NCBI GenBank assembly: GCA_002269645.1
Contig: NIVC01002196.1
Location: 1 to 64,000 of the forward strand
From: Macrostomum lignano
Lineage: Eukaryota
DNA: 64,000 bases
Direction of reading: 5' to 3'
Below, in pieces: positions 28,650 through 39,843 of this stretch. Both the position numbers and the translations under genes were made by a program. How positions within the stretch are numbered: position 1 is the first letter of the stretch; the number at the start of each line of letters is the position of its first letter. The notes below the pieces were generated by a model. The model made no database searches, was not told the DNA's origin, and saw only the letters and a program-made list of their open reading frames with translations.

Positions 28650-30649
28650 ATGGCCACACAGCCTGGCATCGTTCTGTTGGTGATTTCGCTGTCTGCGGCT
28701 GGCATCTGGCAGCCGGCCAGCTCCGAGCGAGCCAACCGCTGTGCCTACCCTCAGGTGCAGCAGATGTTCGATCTGGCCAAGTACGGACTGAGCGGCTGCT
28801 ACAAGCTCAAGAGTCTGACTGTCATATTTGGCGATTCCAAGAGCACCAGAGACACGCTGGTAGCCGCTCGCTACCTGACTGCCAATCTGGTCTTTATCGG
28901 CACTGTTAGTCACGTGATCAAAGACGCTTCCTCCGGCGGCGGACAGTTTAAAATTAAAGTACAAGTGGACTGCTACCTGAGGGGCCGACTGAACAGGGAG
29001 GAGGTTGAGGTGACTGGTCTGAACAGCGGCTTCGGCACTGGTCTCTGCCTGGACATCAAGTGCGAGGACGGCGACTCCGGCCTGTTCTTTGTGACCTACA
29101 CCGACGGTGAGAGCTGTGTCAGGTGGTTTCAGCTGATGTGTCAGGTGGTTTCAGCTGATGTGTCAGGTGGTTTTAGCTGATGTGTCAGGTGGTTTCAGCT
29201 GATGTGTCAGGGGGTTTTAGCTGATGTGTCAGGTGGTTTCAGCTGATGTGTCAGGTAGTTTTAGCTACTGTGTCAGATGGTTTAGCTACTGTGTCAGATG
29301 GTTTAGCTACTGTGTCAGATGGTTTAGCTACTGTGTCAGATGGTTTAGCTACTGTGTCAGATGGTTTAGCTACTGTGTCAGATGGTTTAGCTACTGTGTC
29401 AGATGGTTAAGCTACTGTGTCAGATGGTTTAGCTACTGTGTCAGATGGTTTAGCTACTGTGTCAGATGGTTTAGCTACTGTGTCAGATGGTTTAGCTACT
29501 GTGTCAGATGCCTCGAGCCCAGCCACTCAAATCGCCACTGCTTCAGGCGAGCTGCGTATCAACGAAAACGGCTTCGTCCGCAAAGGTCCCGAGCTCGATT
29601 TCGTGATGAAGACGCTCCGCTGCCGGGAGAATCGCGACTCGGTCAGCGTCTGGCCCACCGCCTCACGGCCGGGCCAAGCGAAGAATCCGCAGTGCGAGGC
29701 GCGACCGGCCGATCCGCTGGCCGAGCCGACCTGCCAGATGAGTCTGGCCACCGCCCGGCAGTACCTGGACCTCTCCTTCATCCATTTCGAGTCCGACCTG
29801 AAGCCCGAGTGCCAGGAGGGAAAGGACTTCGTCATGCGGCAGCTGATTAAGACGCCGGTCGAACCGAAAGGTGAAGCGAACTGATGCCCTAAATCTCACC
29901 CTGCGACAGGAGAAATGGATGCCCTAAATCTCACCCTTCGACAGGAGAAATGGATGCCCTAAATCTCACCCTGCGACAGGTGAATTGGATGCCCTAAATC
30001 TCACCCTGCGACAGGAGAAATAGATGCCCTAAATCTCACCCTGTTACAGGAGAATTGGATGCCCTAAATCTCACCCTGCGACAGGTGAATTGGATGCCCT
30101 AAATCTCACCCTGCGACAGGTGAATTGGATGCCCTAAATCTCACCCTGCGACAGGAGAAATAGATGCCCTAAATTTCACCCTGTATCAAGGGATGGATGC
30201 CCTAAATCTCACCGTGTATCAAGGGATGGATGCCCTAAATCTCACCGTGTATCAAGGGATTATGGATGCCCCCAAATCTCACCGTGTATCAAGGGATGGA
30301 TGCCCTAAATCTCACCCTGCAGCAAGAGAATAAACACAAATTTTATGCAATCTCATAGATGCAGGCTACATATGTCCTCAAGATCCCAAAAGGTCAGGTG
30401 ACAGCGTAGCTTTTCACTGGTTTTCAATGAACTTCGGGAACTTTATGTCCGTCAGGGCTGATCAAATGCCACACCGGCCTCTCTGCGAGCCAGTAATTAC
30501 ATCAGCGGAGAGCCTCCTCTGTCTAATTCCGTGCCTTTGCTCATGCCCTGCTGTTTACAGAGACAAACCCTTGCCGGTGCTCACTCAAAGGCTCCGCTGT
30601 TTCTCTTTTTTTCCTCTTCTCCTGTTTGCAGCTGCACTTTGCCCAGTAA
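28650..30649 (+). CDS. Secreted, probably GPI-anchored protein with agrin N-terminal (NtA)-like domain (exons 28650-29106, 29547-29870, then 30561-30649 or an alternative 3' exon at 32682-32790)
   Basis: Signal peptide MATQPGIVLLVISLSAAGIWQPASS. ANLVFIGTV...FKIKVQVDCYLRG...SGFGTGLC...GDSGLFFV parallels agrin NtA (ANVVLTGTV...YSCKVRVWRYLKG...SGFGDPLIC...GDTRIFFV). Phase-1 introns are in frame. The 3' end is uncertain. Confidence 0.7.
29118..29510. repeat. 21-22-bp minisatellite (GTGTCAGATGGTTTAGCTACT)n, NtA-gene intron 1
   Basis: Tandem repeat filling the intron. Confidence 0.95.
29884..30320. repeat. 35-bp minisatellite (GATGCCCTAAATCTCACCCTGCGACAGGAGAAATG)n
   Basis: Tandem repeat just after the exon 2 donor. 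Confidence 0.93.
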
Positions 30650-30794
30650 TAGCTGCGTTAGCAATCTTCCCGCATGCTTCTATCGGCATCTTTAGTACCC
30701 AGCTGCTGCATCCGATAGAGTAATGGGGGAAGCGCTTCACTGCGCGTGAGCGTCTTTCACTACCTCACGGAGTGTGCATTGTAGAAATCCAGCA

Positions 30795-31405
30795 TCTCTC
30801 TCTACCTCTCCACTCTCTCTACCTCTCCCCTATCACTACCTCTCCCCCCTCTCTCTCTACCTTTCCCCCCTATCTCTACCTCTCCCCTCCCTCTACCTCT
30901 CCCCTATCTCTACCTCTCCCTCCTCTCTCTCTCTACCTCTCCCCTCTCTCTCTACCCCCCCTCTCTCTCTACCTCTCCACTCTCTCTACCTCTCCCCTCT
31001 CTCTACCTCTCCCCCCTCTCTCTCTACCTCTCCCCTCTCTCTCTACCTCCCCCCTCTCTCTCTACCTCTCCACTCTCTCTACCTCTCCCCTCTCTCTACC
31101 TCTCCCCCCTCTATCTCTACCTCTCCCCTCTCTCTCTCTACCTCCCCCCTCTCTCTCTACCTCTCCACTCTCTCTACCTCTCCCCTCTCTCTACCTCTCC
31201 CCTCTCTCTACCTCTCCCCTCTCTCTACCTCGCCACTCTCTCTACCTCTCCCCTCTCTACCTCTCCACTCTCCTTACCTCTCCCCTCTGTCTACCTCTCC
31301 ACTCTCTACCTCTTCCTTTTCTCTCTCTACATCTCCCTCTATATCACTCCCCCTCTCTCTCTCTACATCTCCCTCTATATCACTCCCCCTCTCTCTACCT
31401 CTCCC
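30795..31405. repeat. CT-rich low-complexity array (CTCTCTACCTCTCCC-like)
   Basis: Polypyrimidine tandem variants. Confidence 0.93.
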
Positions 31406-32391
31406 TATTTCTCTCTCTTCTTTTCATTTTCTTTTTTTCTCACTTTCCCTGCTTTCGTTTGCGTTCGGTATCTTTTGCCTGCTCGCGTGACCTGCTCAGG
31501 CGGCGGCTGCTCAAGCGGAGGGAGAATTGGGGCAGAGACGGGGTCAATTTTCGATACTCCGCTTTTCGATCCCCGGGGCATCTCAACCTCTCAACCTGCC
31601 GCCGTCTGGGAATAAAATCCCATTTCCTGATCGGACCGGCTCCCTACTCGTAAGTCAGGGACTTGTAAGCCTAACAATCTGGAGTGGAAAACCACTACAC
31701 ATTGCTACGAGAGTACATCGAAATTACTAAGGTGTGAGTATTCGTGGCTGGGAGCTTTAGTAAGCGCTGCGTTGACTGTAAAGTTTTTATAGCCTGTATC
31801 GATTATAGTAAATATATTGACTTGAGCAGCTGGATAGTAGCCTACCAAATCCTCCACAGGGGAAGAAAGTGATTGGCTCTTCAATCGCCGCACTTTTCTC
31901 TCGGGATTTAACAGTAGAAGAGTAAATTTTATGTTGCCAACTGAAACTCTCTCTCTTTATCTCTGTCTACTCTCTCGCCCAGTGCACTATAGCATTAAAA
32001 TTGATCCACACGGTTATAGGAAGCCGCTCGCCCTGAACAGGCAGCCAGCCCAGACCACGGGGATCTGTTCCTCTCCTCCCACTCGGGACGTACACTTCGG
32101 GCAGTCATAAAACAGCTATTGCCCCAATCCCCGCCCAACCCCCATAGTTGGGACGGGCTCCAACCTACTTTTGCTCTAAATTTTGTACAAAACAATTTTC
32201 TCTCATTTTTCTGTTTATCTGGAGGGTTCGAGTAAGATTAGGGAATGCGTGGCGAGGGCTGAGACTGGCAGATATAGAATAATTTCTCACTGTCCTGTCT
32301 GACTTGCTTTTGAGGTAAACTTATTGCCTTCTAAAACTAAAGTACACGCTACTTCCCGTGAGTAGCCGTTTACGTTACTTGGGACAGCCAC

Positions 32392-32555
32392 TCACCTCAC
32401 TTGAGTACCCGCTTACCTCACTTGAGTACCCGCTTACCTCACTTGAGTACTCATATACCTCACTTGAGTACTCATGTACCTCACTTGAGTACTCATGTAC
32501 CTCACTTGAGTACTCATGTACCTCACTTGAGTACTCATGTACCTCACTTGAGCAT
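32392..32555. repeat. 21-bp minisatellite (CCTCACTTGAGTACTCATGTA)n
   Basis: About 8 units. Confidence 0.93.
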
Positions 32556-32681
32556 CCCCTACCTCCCTTAAGTAACCCACTTAGCACACTTATCTTATTT
32601 GAGTACCCGCACAATCATCTCAACCCGAAGACTCAGTCAAGCCACTGAAACTCCAATTCTGCATATTTCAGTTTCTTACAG

Positions 32682-32790
32682 CTTCATGTACGGCAAAGGA
32701 GGCTCCAGAGTGCGCCCGATGACTCTGCCAGCGGCTGCCGCAGCTGTCGTCAGCATCTTTAGTCTGATGTGGCTGGCGCGCTGCCATTGA
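32682..32790 (+). CDS. Candidate terminal exon encoding a GPI-signal-like hydrophobic tail (FMYGKGGSRVRPMTLPAAAAAVVSIFSLMWLARCH*)
   Basis: Acceptor tttcttacAG at 32680-32681 followed by small residues, a spacer, a hydrophobic stretch and a stop. Probably belongs to the NtA-domain gene; it joins in frame via a possible 16-nt micro-exon at 30561-30576. Confidence 0.45.
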
Positions 32791-33759
32791 AACGATTCAT
32801 GGAATACTCGTAAATCGAACAAAACTGATTTTACTTAAACAAAAAGTACACTTTTTCCCTGTCTATTTCAACAGTCATTCCATGCTCAGAATAAAAAAGT
32901 TTCTATTTAGACAACAAAAATTTATCACCATAATGGATATCACTTTCTGTGTTTCTTTGGATTGCAAGCAGTCAGAAATATACGCCATCTACTACAGACA
33001 TTTCTAAAAAATATTATGACTATCTAGCATGGAAATTGCATATTGGTTCTGTTGAAATAGACTGGGAAATGGTCCTATAGTGTCAGTCAGTCAGTAAGTC
33101 AGTCAGTCAGCCATGGTCCACTGAAAAAAGCATGAAATTTGCAATGATGCGAAATGTCTCGACGAGACAGGCAGTTTTCAGTGTTTCAAACATTAAATTG
33201 CCATTTTAATTAGAAGCCGATTCACAGTTTGTCACATTTAAGTTCTTAACGATTCTTTAAAATTTCAGCAAGAGCGTCCTTCTAACTGTTGTCGCAGTCC
33301 TCGCCTCCTTTGTGTCACTTTCTATAGTCTCTGTTCGATGCCTTCTGTCTGGTGCGCGAGTTTCATTTCTCGTTCTATGGAAAATTCACAACCAATATAA
33401 CTTGTAGTTTTCTTTTGAGCACTTCATAACTTGTTTTACTCCTGTATATTCATTTGAAATATTGATCAAGTTCATCTCATTGTCGGAAAACAAACTTAAT
33501 GTTTTTCACAGTCTGAGTCTGTTTCAAATTCAGTTGAGTAATCGCTTTTGCGCCATCAAAATATTCCAACTTTTTTCTCTCATTGAATATTAGAACTATT
33601 AAATAAAATTTAGCCAAGCACAACTGTTATCGCTTTCGTTTACAAGTAAAAACTCCATGAATGTACTTACTGCGTTATTCCTGTGTAAGCGCTTAGTGTA
33701 CAATTGCAATATGAGTGTCCTTGATTAAGAAATTGAGACTGTGTGACGTTGCCTGAGGA

Positions 33760-34410
33760 ACTGGGAGAGCAGTGGCCCAGCAACTGAGGATCTGGGAGGC
33801 TGACCCAGCAACTGAGGATCTGGGAGGCTGACCCAGCAACTGAGGATCTGGGAGGGCAGTGGCCCAGCAACTGAGGATCTGGGAGGCTGACCCAGCAACT
33901 GAGGATCTGGGAGGGCAGTGGCCCAGCAACTGAGGATCTGGGAGGGCAGTGGCCCAGCAACTGAGGATCTGGGAGGCTGACCCAGCAACTGAGGATCTGG
34001 GAGGGCAGTGGCCCAGCAACTGAGGATCTGGGAGGGCAGTGGCCCAGCAACTGAGGATCTGGGAGGCTGACCCAGCAACTGAGGATCTGGGAGGGCAGTG
34101 GCCCAGCAACTGAGGATCTGGGAGGCTGACCCAGCAACTGAGGATCTGGGAGGGCAGTGGCCCAGCAACTGAGGATCTGGGAGGCTGACCCAGCAACTGA
34201 GGATCTGGGAGGCTGACCCAGCAACTGAGGATCTGGGAGGCTGGCCCAGCAACTGAGGATCTGGGAGGGCAGTGGCCCAGCAACTGAGGATCTGGGAGGC
34301 TGACCCAGCAACTGAGGATCTGGGAGGGCAGTGACCCAGCAACTGAGGATCTGGGAGGCTGACCCAGCAACTGAGGATCTGGGAGGGCAGTGGCCCAGCA
34401 ACTGAGGAAC
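33760..34410. repeat. 28/31-bp minisatellite (CCCAGCAACTGAGGATCTGGGAGG-CTGA/-GCAGTGG)n
   Basis: Two interleaved unit variants. Confidence 0.95.
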
Positions 34411-34787
34411 TGGGAGTGCGGTGTGCCCAGTCCCAATAGACTTCCGGCTCTCCAAAGCCTGCAAGCCGCTGGATGCTGGATTGTAGTGCAGCGGCAAAAC
34501 GCTCAGGCAATTCTTGTTGGCATTCAGCTGCACTGCATGTGGCACACAACTGCATAAATGGTTTGCATGAAACATAAAAATCCCATTATCCAGTCTCCCT
34601 AACCTCATATAGATGATGGACACTTGCGACTGTATGACTGCCGCGGAGCAGCACGTATAAATATTTAATGTTTGTCCACTCAGCTGGGGAAGGACATTTT
34701 TGTGGAAATCGCGTGGATTTCGGTGCGTTATGAGCTACAGCACGAGGAGCTTTAAACTGTAAAGGAGGAAAACTTTGCTATTCCATT

Positions 34788-35476
<689 letters not shown>

Positions 35477-36429
35477 CTTGAAAATAGAACGGTAGCCGTC
35501 TACGCATAGTCGTCGACAAAACGTTCGAAAAACGTTCTTTTTTTACGGCTTGTGTTTAAGTTCTGTCAAACTAGTAACCGTTCGCGTTGGCCCTTTACGA
35601 GTACTTAGGTTGTTTGCGCCCACCACGACGCTTGCGTTGTGCGCGCGCCTATATAAGAACATCAGTCACAAGAGTTACAACTCTTAGAGTCTTAGCGCAG
35701 CTGCTGATGTCTACTGGACAATCATCGGTGTCCTCATGTATTGTATCATTTCATATAAAGTCTCAACAATTTATAGAAAAGATCATTAGCAAACTATCGG
35801 CGGTGGCAGCCTATTACTTACAGTAATCAGGAGAGGAACACTTTAGAAATGTCCCTACAACGCCCCCCTCCCACAGCCCTGCAGCAAAGTGGAACGGTTG
35901 GCATGGAAACCGAACAGCTGCAGAAGCCCTTTCACAGACTGCTCAGCAACAACTCAAACTACTGTCCTCCCAGGCTAATTAAAATGCTCATTTAAAATAT
36001 TATGTGTTTCCAAATTTCATATTGATATTTGAGTGCAGGTACTTCTGTTTCAACCGACTGCAGGTGAATGGTTAGTGGTATATATACATTATACAACAAA
36101 AAAGACGCAACCTAGAAAACTATGAGTCAAAGTCTGATGCTAGGGTGCAGATGGCGCACGGCAGTGCGAGCGGACGAAGTATTTATTATAGAATCGCAGT
36201 CGGTGACTCGTATTTTTGATAGATATATTTTGTGGACATATAAGCATTCAAAATTTCACAAAATATGTATTTTAAACCTCTACATGGTGTCGCGTGTCAG
36301 TCAATCTCGACTCATGGCACATTCAACAGTGGACAGCCGACTTAGCAAGAGAATTGTTTGGCTTAAAAATAAACAGGATATGCAGAATATTATGCGATCA
36401 CGTGAGTCAGGTGATGCCTCTTTGGTGTT

Positions 36430-37120
36430 GTAGACCTTACTGAGGTCAGGTACAATACTCTGCTCGCTGATTAGGTGTCCCAGGTACAGCACCTGGCGAT
36501 AGCCGAACACGCTCTTTGCATTGTGCAGTTTGAGACCCGCATCTCGCAGCCGTTAAAAAAACGCGCTCCAGTCTCACCGGATTCTCGTCGAAGGTCCTGC
36601 TGAAGACAATGAAGTCGTCGATGTAAGTCAGCATGGAGTCCCAGGACAGAAGGCAGTTTTAAAAGGATCCTCTTCCGCCACCTCCACCTGGTGGTAGCTC
36701 TACCGACAGTCGATGGTGGAGAATCAGGAGCACCCGACCAGAGCATTCATGCTTGCTGCATGTGCGGCAGCGGGTACGCGTCCTTGACCGTGCAGGCATT
36801 CAGCTGCCGCCAGTCCGTGCATTTTGCCGTTCTTCTTACGGACCACCACCAGGTTGCTCGCCCATGGCGACGACGACGGCTCGATGATGCCGCTGTCCAG
36901 CATCTGTACGATCTTTTTATTCACCTGGTCTCGCACAGACAGAGACAGGCGGCGCTGCATGGACTTGCCAGTGCGGCCGCGTTCCCGGTTCCAGTACCAC
37001 CTGGTGGTGCAGCAGCTCCGTCGTGCCCAAGTCGTACTCGTGCTTGGCGAACAAGTTCTCGTTGCACTCTAGCAGCTGCCGCAGCCTCGCTGCATCCGGT
37101 CCGGGTAGCTCTGCGTTGAT
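36430..37120 (-). mobile_element. Degenerate Ty3/Gypsy LTR-retrotransposon pol (RT) fragment
   Basis: Across frameshifts: LFAKHEYDLGTTELLHH, QMLDSGIIEPSSSPWASNLVVVRKKNG, YIDDFIVFSRTF and YLGHLIS. The internal RT motifs are deleted and no LTRs were found. Confidence 0.85.
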
Positions 37121-37649
37121 GTTCTACCCGACGGGGGCCTCGTGAGCTTGGCTCGAAAAAAGTTGGCTTTGCTAGAGTTTCTTTCGCCTTTAGCAAAGAA
37201 GCTCTTCATTCATATACATATATCAGGCTCTATCAGTCATCAGACAGACTAAAGCCAAGTCTTTGTTGCATGCTCAATTGATACACAAGTGCTACAGTGG
37301 TGCGTTTCATGCCATAGACAACAAGCCGTCTGACTGCAAATTTTTATAAGGCATTCTCTATATAAAACACTGAAAAAGTGGTCCTGTACAAAAAAGCTCA
37401 CTGCTCTTCTCGAAATGAAGATTGACAAAAATCGAGTTTTGTATCTTGTAGAGGGATAAATTCTGTACAGGTTGGCGAAAAACCAGCTTTCTACGTTCAA
37501 TAATAAATCCTAGGGAGCACTAGAAAAAACCAGCCTCCAACTATTTTCTGTATGATTTGGCCAGTTTCCGGTCCCTAGTTTAAGTAGTCCGTCCCTGAGG
37601 ACGGCCTGGATAGATCGGTAGAAGGCCCATGCGAGTCCTCTGCTGGGCG

Positions 37650-38200
37650 CTAGATATCCGCCTTTACGTGTGGCACCAGATCGCGAACCGCTCTATAAGG
37701 TGAGACCGTAGGTGAACCGCTGGCAGCGTGAGAATGTAAGCTTCTGTTCGTCTGTGCTGCGGTAAGCCATGTCCTTTATAATTTCAGCCGGCACGGTGAG
37801 CACCTCGGTGAGCATATTGTGGCGTCGATACGAGCGTAAGCTGTTGCGGAACCCGATAGACTCGCACGACGAATGGGGAGTGCAGCCTTCAGCACCAAAC
37901 CGAAAACTTTCAGAGGTCAATAAAGACAATAACAAGCGGTCAACTAATATAATATACAGTTCCAACAGCTAGTGTCCTTGTGGTCAACGTGTGGTCGTGT
38001 GGATGCTCGCTAGCTTCTTCGATGACAGAGCGGAGCGCGAGGATCTGGGTCACTGTACCGCGTTGAGGCCGAAACCTATATTGCTTGGAATGGAGGTCCA
38101 GCACCGACTGCAGAGGATCGAACAGCAGCACATCAGCGAGATGTCCTGCGCCACCCAATGGTTTTTAACGCGTTGGCCTGGCCTTCTTTGGGATCGGCAT
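37650..38200 (-). mobile_element. Degenerate non-LTR retrotransposon (RTE-like) RT fragment
   Basis: QYRFRPQRGTVTQILALRSVIEE (cf. QxGFRxxRSTxxQIxxLRxIxE) and VRVYRVPQQL, interrupted by stops and frameshifts. Confidence 0.55.
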
Positions 38201-38337
38201 ATAGCACAAAGTACGCTGTGTCAAGGCCAGTGAGGCATATCGAACTGAAATGTGACCAACATTCGTTTCTAAGTTGCAGTTTACTATGCGTAAAATTTCA
38301 TCACAACCAGTGAAGCATAACTAGTATACTCAGCAGA

Positions 38338-38698
38338 GGGGGCCGTAGCCCAGCGGTAGCGCAGCTGCTCTGGTGTGCCAGCGACCCAGGCTCGATTCCA
38401 AGTGCAGTCACATTAATTTGGGGCTGAATTGGAATCTCGGCTTGGCTCTGCTCGTGCAATTAACGGCCTTGAGAGCCAACCCCCCAAGGCGCAGTGAAGT
38501 GTACATGCCTAACGATAAAATAAAGTTAGGGCCGCTGTACACTCCTGTGTGAGTGTATGCCTGCGTACGTATCCGCGCGCTTGTATGCCTGCTCAGGGGA
38601 GTCGGCGGAATGGGCAGTAATGCCTCTTGCCGGTTGTGTGCCTATGTCGCTTAAAGTGCGCCAGGGTGCACACAACCCCCCTGCCTCTAATAAAAAAA
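38338..38698 (+). mobile_element. tRNA-headed SINE, copy 1 (about 360 bp, A-tail, 13-bp TSD)
   Basis: A box TAGCCCAGCGG and B box GGCTCGATTCC at the 5' end, AATAAAAAAAA tail, and TSD AGTATACTCAGCA at 38323-38335 and 38699-38711. Confidence 0.85.
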
Positions 38699-38702
38699 AG
38701 TA

Positions 38703-39345
38703 TACTCAGCAACAGCTAAACCCACTCACGCTGTCACACGGCCCAAAAGTTTTGTATGCCATCGGTGACTCAGAAATGTGTGAAGGCTGCCGCCGCCAGA
38801 CGCGAGCGCAAAGTGCGGCATGGGGGATTTGGGGAGGGGGTGGCGCAACTCAACCCACTGGTGGCTGCATTGCGCAATGGTAAACCATCAGAGCTACAGC
38901 TACAGCAGCAGTTTCTGCCATTTGCTACGACAACCTTTGGCGGCCCGCAGAACTGCATTCTTCAAGACGACAACGCTGCGCCACATCGAGCAGCACACGT
39001 GCAGCTGCTGAAGGAGCAGCTCGGCATTCGCACATTGAACTGGCCGTCAAAGTCTCCAGACATGAACCCCATCGAGCATGTCTGGGTCTTTGTAAAGCGA
39101 AGAGTTCAGCAGGATGCCCCACAGAATGCTGAACAGTTGCGACTGGCGGTGCTGAATGCCTGGCAGCTGCTGCCCCAAGAGTTCATCAACCGGCTGGTGA
39201 TCAGGATGCCACGACGAGTCACGGCCCTTTTGCATGCTCGTGGTTCCTACACACGATACTGAGACTAGAATTAAAGACATTGCTTAACTTTTGTGCCCGT
39301 GTGACAGCGTGAGTTGGGGGGGGGGGGTTTAGCTGTTGCTGAGTA
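38703..39345 (+). mobile_element. Non-autonomous Tc1 (DD34E) element carrying the transposase 3' half
   Basis: TIRs TACTCAGCAACAGCTAAACCC...CTCACGCTGTCACACGG at 38703-38751 and 39286-39345, flanked by TA. ORF contains LQDDNAAPH...WPSKSPDMNPIEHVW with exactly 34 residues between D and E; stop at 39262. The first D and the HTH are missing. Confidence 0.9.
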
Positions 39346-39490
39346 TATATAGTGTCTGTAAATTTTGGGATAATGTATTGTAAATGAAACACATGGTGTG
39401 ACTTTTCAAGTTGCAACTTGACCAATATTTGTTTCTCAGTTGCAGTTTACTGTGGGTAAAGTCTTAAAGCTCCACAGTTTCATTTTACTT

Positions 39491-39843
39491 TTTTATTAGA
39501 GGCAGGGGGGTTGTGTGCACCCTGGCGCACTTTAAGCGACATAGGCACACAACCGGCAAGAGGCATTACTGCCCATTCCGCCGACTCCCCTGAGCAGGCA
39601 TACAAGCGCGCGGATACGTACGCAGGCATACACTCACACAGGAGTGTACAGCGGCCCTAACTTTATTTTATCGTTAGGCATGTACACTTCACTGCGCCTT
39701 GGGGGGTTGGCTCTCAAGGCCGTTAATTGCACGAGCAGAGCCGAGATTCCAATTCAGCCCCAAATTAATGTGACTGCACTTGGAATCGAGCCTGTGTCGC
39801 TGGCACACCAGAGCCTGCGCTAGACCGCTGAGCTACGGCCCCC
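39491..39843 (-). mobile_element. tRNA-headed SINE, copy 2 (inverted relative to copy 1, 12-bp TSD)
   Basis: Near-identical reverse complement of 38338-38698. A box TAGCTCAGCGG and B box GGCTCGATTCC. TSD TTCATTTTACTT at 39479-39490 and 39844-39855. Confidence 0.85.

Noticed and set aside
33667-34623. 250-320-aa ORFs
   Set aside because: Minisatellite-derived. The short unique part (34430-34560) has no recognisable homology.
35648-35826. TATA box (CCTATATAAG) plus short ORF as a gene or Gypsy LTR
   Set aside because: No second LTR copy, no PBS/PPT, and no convincing coding signal.
38338-38410. tRNA gene (also 39770-39843 and 56890-56955)
   Set aside because: A and B boxes are present but there is no complete cloverleaf, and the sequences continue into SINE bodies.
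38338-39843. Single 1.5-kb composite transposon with 360-bp TIRs around a Tc1 transposase
   Set aside because: Each apparent TIR has its own tRNA head, A-tail and separate TSD, so they are two independent SINE insertions. The Tc1 element has its own shorter TIRs.
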